DNA of 20,000 nucleotides, taken from the NCBI GenBank assembly GCA_030167865.1, contig JALAGF010002695.1, positions 56,774 through 76,773 on the forward strand. Direction: 5' to 3'. Shown piece by piece: positions 11,345 to 19,151 of this stretch. The position numbers and the translations under genes are program-made. The notes under the pieces are model-generated. The model saw only the letters and a program-made list of their open reading frames with translations. It searched no databases and had not been told where the DNA came from. The first letter of the stretch is position 1; each line of letters begins with the position of its first letter. Source of the DNA: Craspedostauros australis. Its lineage: Eukaryota.

Positions 11345-13819
11345 ATGGGATCGATCACCTCCATGAACGATGGCGCAACGAAGCGGGGATCGCAGGCCAA
11401 CTTTGCGCCCGAGACCGAGTTCCCCACGAACATCACGTTCGAGGACATCGCCAAGTATCCTGGACGTGCCTGCATAGGCCGCATGGGCGCACCCACAAAG
11501 CCCAGCTTCGTGCCGTCGTCTCCCAACCATGTCGTGTACCTGCAGGCGGGCGGCGCGGCAGGGACGACGCAGACATTGTGGAAGTTGAATTTGAAGGATG
11601 GCAAGGTCTCGGAACTGGCGCGTCCGCCAACGGGCGTGGGCGAAGAAGACACCTTGAGCGAAGAAGAGAAGCTGCGCAGAGAGCGAACGCGGCAGTTGCA
11701 CACGGGCATCACCAACTACCAATGGGCGGGAGGCAGCAAGGATGTCGCGGCGTCGCCATCGTCGTCAGCAGCAGCAGCAGCAACTGCAGGGCCTTCGTCC
11801 TTGATTTGCCAAGTGGGCAACGATCTCATGAGGGTTGTGGTGGCGGGTGCAGAAGAGGCGGATCCTGCTGTGCCTGCTGTGATGGAGAAGCTGGTCGACG
11901 GATCGGCTCTGCCAGGACCCATTCTCGATCCACGCATTTCGAAGGACGGTTCCACGATCGTCTTTTGCTGTGAACGGGAGCTGTACTACGCCGTCCTTCC
12001 ATCGGCAGATGCTGCTGCAACCACAACCACCACCACCACCGAACTGCCACAGGTCCATCAGCTCACGACAGGAGCGCGCGATACACCCGGCGTCACGAAT
12101 GGCCAAGCCGACTTCACCGCCATGGAGGAGATGGACCGATACGAGGGATACTGGATCTCGCCCGATGCGCAGTTCGTCGTTTACGAACAGGCCGATGAAA
12201 GTCACATTCCTCCATTCCGCATTTCGCATTCTGGCAAATCTGCCACCGCCACGCACCCGTCGCATGCGCACGAAGATCATCATTATCCATTTGCTGGCGA
12301 TGCCAACCCCAGGGTCACTCTGCACGTCACGCAGCTCGGTGGTGGCGAGCCCATGGAATTGGACATCACGACTCCCATGGGGAGCACCGACGACATATAC
12401 CTCGCGCGTGTCCAATGGATGACCAACACCAAGCTCTTCGTCCAGCTTCTCAGCAGGACGCAGACGGAGCTCGTCTTGCTGGAGTATGATACCTCGTCGG
12501 CATCCGCGCAGCCCATTCAAGGACGGGTGCTGCTGACGGAGAAGCAGCCCGATGCGTGGGTCAATCTGCACAATATCCTTGTTCCCATTCCCAACAGTGC
12601 AGTTACAGACGACGGCAGTGCAAGCGAGGATTTCGATTTCGTGTGGGCCAGTGAGCGCACGGGATATCAGCACTTGTATCGTTACAATCGCAATGGCAAA
12701 CTGGTCGCAACCTTGACGAGTGGTGAATGGGTCGTTGAAAGCACGTCCGTCAGCATGATCGATCGCCAGCAAGGCTTCATCTATTTTACCGGAACCAAGG
12801 ATGGTTGCACGGAGCGTCACTTGTACCGCACATCGTTGGATGGCAATGGGGATGTTGTCAAGATCACTGCCCAAGATTCCGGCATGCACACCATCGTCGC
12901 CATGAGCGTAACCCACGGCTGCTACATCGATTCCTGGTCGTCGATGACGCAGCCATTTCGTGTGGCTGTGCGTTCCTTGACGGATAGCTCCATCATCCAC
13001 GAGCTGTACAATGGCGCCACGGAAGAGAAACTGAAGCAGCTCGAGTTGGTCCCTCCCGAACTGTTCCAAATCACGGCCAACGACAATGCAACAACATTGC
13101 ACGGTGCACTCTACAAGCCAGATCCAACGGTGCATGGCAGCGGGCCGTATCCCACCATCGTCGCGGTGTACGGCGGTCCGCATGTTCAGTACGTTGCCAA
13201 TATCTGGACATTGACGGCGGATCTGCGTGCCCAGCGTCTGCGATCGCAGGGATACGCAATCCTCAAGGTGGACAACCGCGGTTCGGCACGCCGAGGATTG
13301 GCGTTCGAACGATTCCTTCACAACGACATGGGCAACATCGAAGTCCAAGACCAGGCCGCCGCAGTGCAGCACTGGATCGATGAAGGCGTCGTCAACAAGG
13401 CCGCGGTGGGCATCTACGGCTGGAGCTACGGTGGCTACATGAGCGCCATGTGCTTGGCCAAACGACCCGACATGTTCCATGCCGCGGTGGCCGGTGCGCT
13501 CGTATCGTCGTGGGACAGCTACGACACATGCTACACCGAACGGTACATGGGAACGCCGCAATCCAATCCCGACGGCTACGCGCGTTCCGCCATCATGCCA
13601 TACGTTCGCAACATCCAAGGCAGCCTCCTGATCGTGCACGGGCTCATCGATGAGAATGTGCACTTTCGTCATTCGGCCTGTCTCATCAATTCTCTGATCC
13701 ACGCGCAGAAGCATTACGAGCTTCTGCTCTTTCCTGATGAACGCCACGTTCCGCGCGGTGTCGCCGACAAGGTGTTCATGGAACAGCGCATCGCCTCCTT
13801 CCTTCATCGCAGTCTGTGA
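11345..13819 (+). CDS. Dipeptidyl peptidase IV / DPP8-9-like serine peptidase (family S9B), intronless, about 824 aa, probably cytosolic
   Basis: GWSYGG nucleophile motif, HGLIDENVHF (catalytic Asp), ERH (catalytic His), EEMDRYEGYW double-Glu motif, YPFAGDANP, VYGGPHVQ, DNRGS, YDTCYTERYMG. The first ATG of the ORF is at 11345, and no signal peptide is visible. Confidence 0.95.
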   Translation: MGSITSMNDGATKRGSQANFAPETEFPTNITFEDIAKYPGRACIGRMGAPTKPSFVPSSPNHVVYLQAGGAAGTTQTLWKLNLKDGKVSELARPPTGVGEEDTLSEEEKLRRERTRQLHTGITNYQWAGGSKDVAASPSSSAAAAATAGPSSLICQVGNDLMRVVVAGAEEADPAVPAVMEKLVDGSALPGPILDPRISKDGSTIVFCCERELYYAVLPSADAAATTTTTTTELPQVHQLTTGARDTPGVTNGQADFTAMEEMDRYEGYWISPDAQFVVYEQADESHIPPFRISHSGKSATATHPSHAHEDHHYPFAGDANPRVTLHVTQLGGGEPMELDITTPMGSTDDIYLARVQWMTNTKLFVQLLSRTQTELVLLEYDTSSASAQPIQGRVLLTEKQPDAWVNLHNILVPIPNSAVTDDGSASEDFDFVWASERTGYQHLYRYNRNGKLVATLTSGEWVVESTSVSMIDRQQGFIYFTGTKDGCTERHLYRTSLDGNGDVVKITAQDSGMHTIVAMSVTHGCYIDSWSSMTQPFRVAVRSLTDSSIIHELYNGATEEKLKQLELVPPELFQITANDNATTLHGALYKPDPTVHGSGPYPTIVAVYGGPHVQYVANIWTLTADLRAQRLRSQGYAILKVDNRGSARRGLAFERFLHNDMGNIEVQDQAAAVQHWIDEGVVNKAAVGIYGWSYGGYMSAMCLAKRPDMFHAAVAGALVSSWDSYDTCYTERYMGTPQSNPDGYARSAIMPYVRNIQGSLLIVHGLIDENVHFRHSACLINSLIHAQKHYELLLFPDERHVPRGVADKVFMEQRIASFLHRSL

Positions 13820-13867
13820 TGGCGGTTGGCTGCCATAGTTCGTAGTATGGTGTTCACGCAGTTGAGG

Positions 13868-13883
13868 GAGAGAGAGAGAGAGA
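13868..13883. repeat. (GA)n microsatellite in the 3' region of the peptidase gene
   Basis: gagagagagagagaga seen directly. Confidence 0.8.
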
Positions 13884-14264
13884 AAGAGGGAATTGTGGTC
13901 GTCACTGTGGCTGATGTTCTTGCAGAGGCATTCCCACGTATCATACATAATACCATACTACTCGTCGTCTGTTGACTTCAAACACCAAGCACAACCAAGG
14001 AGAATAGTACAGGTAACTATTAATATAAATTGTATTCTAATAAAATGAAGCAGCATGTAATGGAACAAGTATTACGCTCATATCCAAGCTCATCATCACA
14101 ACTGGAGTAATCTGCGCCATACCTACTCTGTCATAATGCTCGGATATGTGAAAGTATGTATGGTAGTGTACAATAACTTAGTATGCCCCTCTCTGTCTCG
14201 TAAAGAGGGGGAGAGTCATCAGGATTTGGACGCATGCTGGATCTTGTTGTTGCCTTGGACTACT

Positions 14265-17123
14265 CTAGTTTGGATATTCTTCACTCAGACCAAGCTCTTC
14301 GTTGACACAGTCCACGAACTCGTATTCAAAGTCAGACGTCCGGACTGGCACATCGTCGGAACTTCCCGCCTCGCAAAAGCAATACTCGTAATCGTATTCG
14401 TATTCGTAGCCGTATTCGTATTCGTAGCCGTATTCATCGCCGTAGCCGTATTCATCAAGGTCAACGTCAGCGTCCCCGTCGTACTCATCAAGGTCAACGT
14501 CAGCATCCTCGTCGGCATCGAGTTCCCGGTCATGGTCTCGAATCATCGGCGTTGAGGATAATGACGACGACGACCACGATGGTACTGGCTTTGCCAGTTC
14601 TGCCACATACGCAGATTCCAGCCTTTCGTCTTGTTCTTGGCGGATCCTCTCGCGAGCCAACGCGCGTCGGCGGCGATTCGTCCCCACTAGATCATCCTTA
14701 GCGAATGCCCCCACCGACGGATTCCTGAACTCGTTGCTGTTCACGTTCCGCGTCAGCCAATCCGGTTGGTCCACGTCAACCGTCACAGCGCGGTTGCGAC
14801 GACGACGACGGCTGTCATCGGTGAAGAGCTTCACCTTGGATACGTTGCATCCTCGACATTGGGCCTTCACGTCGTACTTGATCGCCGGCGTCGCATTCGA
14901 AGCGAATGTCATCGTCACACCCGTGATCGACACGAAGTTCGAATCGCACACTTCAAATGATGCGACTTCGTATGCCACGATGGCGCATATCTCGAACGCA
15001 TCTCGCTCTGTGTCTGACAGCTCGTCCACGGACGCGCCGTTGAAGTATGATGCGAAGGAGCTTCCGATGGACACCGTGGCGTTGAACAGCGTGGCCTTGG
15101 TGCTGCAGTTCGTCTCCTGGACCTCGTGGATATCTTGGAAGGTGTTGACTCCGTTCTCTTCCAGCAGCGCGAGGGCTTCCGATGGCAGAGGAGCACGGTT
15201 CGCCAGCTTGTTCGAGACAGGACAGTAGCATAGCTTGGACGACACACCAGATACTGATTCCCCTGGTGGCGGTAGCGACGACGATGGCGGCGGTGGTAGC
15301 GGCAAGCCAGTGTTGAGTGATCTTTGGACAGCACTCGTCTGCCATTGGACATCGTCTTCGTCGAAGCTGTCCCAATCGATCTTGTACCGTGGGTCGCTTT
15401 CGAGATGTCGGGCATATTGGAAGGTGATGTCATTGGAGAAGCTGAATGAGTTGGCGCAGCTGATACAAATCCCACCCAATGCGTACAAACCCGCACTGTA
15501 GCTGGGGGTTGCGTCGTAAGTGTAGGTTCGCAGATGGCGTGGTTGTTCGCGTTCCTCGAGTTGCTGCAACATGCGCCTTCGCTTGTTGGAGGCTCTGGTG
15601 GTGTTGCGCCGTTCAATGGCTGTGAGCTGGCGATGGGTTTTGTCGCAGGTATCTTGAGAGAAGTAGTTGAGCTCGTTGTAAGCGGCGAGAATGTCTTGTT
15701 GCAGGTCGGCCATATCATCGGGGTCGGATACATTGACTTGATTTGTGTTGATCAAGATGGCGACGGTGCTGGTGAATGTTTCGAACAGATCCGTAGTGTT
15801 GGTGCAAGCAGGATCTTCCTGGACTTGGATGATGCTCCCGATTTCGAAAGTGGTTGGTTGTGGTTCAGGTCCTGGTCCTGGTCCCGGTCCTGGAGGTGGT
15901 GGCGGCTCCGAAAGACCGCGCAAGGCCCTCGTCTTCTCGAGTCCGGTTGCCGTGTTGGCGTCACGTTGCAATGCCCGGGATCGCCTAACTTCTGCCATCT
16001 TCTGTGCCACCACGGAGATGAGCTCCTCCAGAAAGTCGCCCCGACGGGGACCACGGCAAGCCTTGCATTTGGGCTCGTCCGTGTCTGGGCTGTCAGTGTA
16101 GGTATCGTCCACTGTCTTGCTCATTGCGCTTAGGCTGGGCCAAGCAAGTGTAGTCGGAGTGGTTTGTGCCGTTGTTGTTCCTTCTATCGGTGCTCCATGC
16201 TTGGCTGTTTTCACGGGGGCCAGATCCAAGACGGTCTGCTTGAGTAAACGGTGCGTTCCAACAGACCCAGCGTCTATGGTTCTCGTGCGTCGTAGAACCT
16301 TGGTCGCGGAGGTTTGCCACTGTTGGGGGCCTTGTCCTGGATCGGTGGTGGACGATTTGGTCATACCAGCAGCAGTAGTAGCAGTAGCAGCATCATCCGA
16401 GGTGTCAGACTGCAGGGCCTCACGCTCCTCCGCTGCCTCCAGAATCTCAGACAGGTCGAACGTGGTGTCTCCACCATCGTCGTTGCCATCGTTTTCAGCC
16501 TCGTCAGCTTCGGTCGCTTCCAACAGCCGTCGACGACCGTCGGTATCGTTGTTGGTTTTGTTGCCTCCGGAGAAGAGATGGATGAGCTCATCGTCGTCGT
16601 CGAAAGTCTTGCAGCTGTTGCATTCCACGATCATCTCCAGCACCATCGTCATCTTGCGCGACCTCCTAGCGTCCTTCTTGCGGTCGCCAATCGTTCCCGC
16701 GAAGCCTTTGACTTCCGTGGACACATCCCCGACTGTGCAGTTCTTGACCAACCTCACGGACCCCGCCTGCGGACACGCGATCAAGTTGTTGTAGGCCGTC
16801 TCGAAGGACTCCGCCAGCATCTCCATTTCGGAGTCGGTGAATTGCTGCGACACCGCATTGAGGCGAACGAAAGCGGCCACTTCGTATTCGACAGGCGTCA
16901 CGTTGCAGACGTTCGTGGTGTTGTCGCTGTCGTCGAGCAAGTTCCATGTGTTGGTGATGGGTTCCTCGAAGGGGCTTTCAATCAAATCCAGGGAGTTGTC
17001 GTCGAGGAAGGCGGAGACGAAAGCGGCGCTGCCTTTGCCATTGTCTGGCATCCATTGGCACAGGAGGAGCAGGGCTGAGACGACGGTGGTGACGACGACT
17101 CTCTGTTGCGATGTCGCCCTCAT
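14265..17123 (-). CDS. Secreted/extracellular protein of unknown function (952 aa) with three Cys-patterned modules, many RxL/polybasic sites, Pro-rich linkers and an acidic Tyr-rich tail
   Basis: Single 952-aa ORF with a hydrophobic N-terminus (VVVTTVVSALLLLCQW). It has a repeated AY..C..CxxC pattern (CNSC, CISC, CRGC) and many N-x-S/T sequons. Coding status is supported by a frame-conserved paralog at 19152-20000. Confidence 0.88.
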   Translation of the reverse strand: MRATSQQRVVVTTVVSALLLLCQWMPDNGKGSAAFVSAFLDDNSLDLIESPFEEPITNTWNLLDDSDNTTNVCNVTPVEYEVAAFVRLNAVSQQFTDSEMEMLAESFETAYNNLIACPQAGSVRLVKNCTVGDVSTEVKGFAGTIGDRKKDARRSRKMTMVLEMIVECNSCKTFDDDDELIHLFSGGNKTNNDTDGRRRLLEATEADEAENDGNDDGGDTTFDLSEILEAAEEREALQSDTSDDAATATTAAGMTKSSTTDPGQGPQQWQTSATKVLRRTRTIDAGSVGTHRLLKQTVLDLAPVKTAKHGAPIEGTTTAQTTPTTLAWPSLSAMSKTVDDTYTDSPDTDEPKCKACRGPRRGDFLEELISVVAQKMAEVRRSRALQRDANTATGLEKTRALRGLSEPPPPPGPGPGPGPEPQPTTFEIGSIIQVQEDPACTNTTDLFETFTSTVAILINTNQVNVSDPDDMADLQQDILAAYNELNYFSQDTCDKTHRQLTAIERRNTTRASNKRRRMLQQLEEREQPRHLRTYTYDATPSYSAGLYALGGICISCANSFSFSNDITFQYARHLESDPRYKIDWDSFDEDDVQWQTSAVQRSLNTGLPLPPPPSSSLPPPGESVSGVSSKLCYCPVSNKLANRAPLPSEALALLEENGVNTFQDIHEVQETNCSTKATLFNATVSIGSSFASYFNGASVDELSDTERDAFEICAIVAYEVASFEVCDSNFVSITGVTMTFASNATPAIKYDVKAQCRGCNVSKVKLFTDDSRRRRRNRAVTVDVDQPDWLTRNVNSNEFRNPSVGAFAKDDLVGTNRRRRALARERIRQEQDERLESAYVAELAKPVPSWSSSSLSSTPMIRDHDRELDADEDADVDLDEYDGDADVDLDEYGYGDEYGYEYEYGYEYEYDYEYCFCEAGSSDDVPVRTSDFEYEFVDCVNEELGLSEEYPN
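14382..14520 (-). repeat. Coding tandem repeats: (DADVDLDEY)x2 and YG/YE dipeptide repeats
   Basis: tcatcaaggtcaacgtcagc occurs twice, and tattcgtattcgtagccg occurs twice in tandem. Confidence 0.85.
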
Positions 17124-18449
17124 GGTGGTTACCAGCAGCGATGTCTCGAAGTACTATACAATGATGTTATATACCAATACTACTAGCAATGGTAGAATGG
17201 GTATTGGTACTCGTGCGATTATGTGATGTATTGTGATGTGATCTGTTTCATGATGTGTTACCTATGAGTGGTGCGAGCTGCGGATGGTGCTTCAGAGTCC
17301 ACACACACACACGAGAGTCAGAAGCTCGCATCGCCACAACACCATGCAGAAGACACCACGAACAATTACACAGGCAGAGAATCGTTGTCGGCGCCCTTCA
17401 CTGGAACGGTTGATTGTGTGAAGGAAGTGCGCAAGCACAGAGCGGAAACGTATTTTGTGCTGTTCCAGCCAAACCGTTGTCATGGGCATGTTTCGGAGTC
17501 ATGCCGGACACACGAACAGTCACAACTCTGACCAGTACCGATGGTGGCGCCAACGCCCTTGGTCATGTGTCCGCAGACGCAAAGAACATCACCGAATCTT
17601 CCCCCTTCTTCATGCGAAGCAGCGTCTGCAAATGTCACAACAACAGCGCCACCTACGGACAATCCACTTTATCATTCCAGCCCCAAACCGAAACTAATGC
17701 ACATTTCAGCGAACGTTGTGTACAGTTGCGAAAAGTGCTCTGTGCACTCTAGACTCCATCCTTTGCAATCGTGGGTCATCCAAGCAGCAAGGGAAAAGAT
17801 AGAACACACCGGCCAACAACAACCATGAGCTGTACCAATGCGCATACTACTAGTCGTGGTCGTTGGACAACACAGCGAGAAAGGCCCAAACGCCGTCGGG
17901 TTTCGTTGAAGCCTTAAATAGAGCAACAAGAACGCATAAATCATGCGACTAAGCAAAACCGAAGCGAGCAGTTGTTCCTGTCATAGTAGCTTTTCATTGG
18001 TAAGAACACTCGTCCCCAACCTCCATCACGCAACGAACAGTCATTCTAGTTGGATCTTCACAGGTTATTTAGTGGTCGCCAAGGCACATATCACCAAACT
18101 TTCGTTTGCTGTTTCTTTACTACGGATAATTTTTCTCTACCGTAGCTTTTGAGGTTGATTGCACACACTCTAGACCAACAAGTGTTCGTTACATCTATCG
18201 CGACAAAGGTCTAACGGGCATTCATGAGTCCTGGTCGAACACAGAAGAGAGGGAGATCTCGAGAGAGCAGTATGTGTGCCATCAGTGTAGACAAACAGAT
18301 TTCCGACGGTTAGCTCATCCGGGCGCGTCAATCATTGCGCTGCCATCAGGTACACAGCGGTAAACAAAGACTCCCAAGAGAGCCGAGACCTGGTCTTTCC
18401 CTTCTCCTGCAAATGCACAGTAAAAACACTTATCGATCGTGCAACACAC

Positions 18450-18631
18450 TGTGAGATTATAGGAGATTAGATGATATGCTTGGTACTCACACTACTTAAG
18501 TAGGCAATTACTCCGTTTCATCAACGGAGTGGGCTAGGGCTACCGGTTTCGGGTGCAATCCCCGGGCATTCCAGATTTCGTCGTCTGGGGTTCGATTCCT
18601 TTCTCTTTGCCATTTTCTGTTTATCCTAACA
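18450..18631 (+). repeat. 5' LTR (182 bp)
   Basis: TGTGAGATTA...TATCCTAACA, identical by eye to 18862-19043 (offset 412). Confidence 0.95.
18526..18573 (+). ncRNA. Putative tRNA-like mini-module within the LTR (second copy 18938-18985); not a canonical tRNA
   Basis: GGAGTG pairs with CATTCC, followed by an A discriminator. TCGGG-TGCAATC-CCCGG forms a 5-bp stem with a 7-nt loop (T-arm geometry) directly before the acceptor strand. D and anticodon arms are replaced by about 16 nt. Confidence 0.45.
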
Positions 18632-18645
18632 TGGTGGAATGCCCG
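18632..18645 (+). promoter_or_regulatory. Primer binding site TGGTGGAATGCCCG
   Basis: It abuts the 5' LTR. The reverse complement CGGGCATTCCA-CCA has the form of a mature tRNA 3' end (UCCA-CCA, tentatively Ala-like). Confidence 0.85.
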
Positions 18646-18852
18646 TGCGGTCGCACCGCATGGTTGCAGCTCATCCCTGCGACATGCAAATTCAGCTAAC
18701 AACTGGTTTGTAGGCCAAACCACACCACTTCACGCCGCGTTCGCGACTCTTGGTTGGTAGCAATACGGTACACAAGGGCGAGCTGGTCACTCGTCGCAGG
18801 CGCAAACCACGCCTGCACTACCAAACTCGAAACCGAGATTAGCGTTCGTACC

Positions 18853-18861
18853 AGGAGTGGG
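18853..18861 (+). promoter_or_regulatory. Polypurine tract AGGAGTGGG
   Basis: 8 of 9 bases are purines, immediately upstream of the 3' LTR TG. Confidence 0.75.
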
Positions 18862-19043
18862 TGTGAGATTATAGGAGATTAGATGATATGCTTGGTACTC
18901 ACACTACTTAAGTAGGCAATTACTCCGTTTCATCAACGGAGTGGGCTAGGGCTACCGGTTTCGGGTGCAATCCCCGGGCATTCCAGATTTCGTCGTCTGG
19001 GGTTCGATTCCTTTCTCTTTGCCATTTTCTGTTTATCCTAACA
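18862..19043 (+). repeat. 3' LTR (182 bp)
   Basis: TGTGAGATTA...TATCCTAACA, identical by eye to 18450-18631. Confidence 0.95.
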
Positions 19044-19151
19044 CACACATCTCCAGGTGTGCAACTGGAATTGAAGGAGGCAAGTCTATTCCAGAGTGCC
19101 GAGAGGATCGTATTGGCTTTGCGATGGAATGTATTACAATGCAATGTGAAT

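Larger units (their letters stand above)
18450..19043 (+). mobile_element. Intact non-autonomous LTR retroelement of TRIM type (594 bp)
   Basis: Two identical 182-bp direct repeats with TG...CA termini enclose a 230-bp non-coding interior. A PBS beginning TGG lies directly after the 5' LTR, purine-rich AGGAGTGGG lies directly before the 3' LTR, and CACAC flanks both sides (18445-18449, 19044-19048). Confidence 0.93.

Noticed and set aside
11345-13819. Horizontal transfer or retrocopy origin of the intronless peptidase
   Set aside because: Neighbouring genes are also intronless and the composition looks similar. There is no poly(A) or TSD, and a phylogeny would be needed.
11765-13948. 727-aa minus-strand ORF
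   Set aside because: Antisense shadow of the S9B peptidase gene. It has no motifs and is expected from codon bias.
14186-14210. CCCCTCT...AGAGGGG inverted repeat between convergent genes
   Set aside because: A short 7-bp stem of low complexity, and intrinsic terminators are not expected for Pol II genes.
14734-17078. Several 120-270-aa alternative-frame and antisense ORFs over the secreted protein gene
   Set aside because: Shadow ORFs. The paralog comparison supports only the 952-aa frame.
11345-17123. Functional link between the peptidase and processing of the adjacent RxL protein
   Set aside because: S9B enzymes are N-terminal dipeptidyl exopeptidases and this one lacks a signal peptide. 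Adjacency in a eukaryote is weak evidence.
18526-18612. Canonical tRNA gene or tRNA-derived SINE
   Set aside because: No D arm or anticodon arm can be folded. The sequence lies inside TG...CA LTRs with PBS, PPT and TSD, so it is reported as a tRNA-like module instead.
18450-19043. CRISPR array or simple segmental duplication
   Set aside because: Only two 182-bp repeats in a eukaryotic context, and the LTR hallmarks explain the structure.
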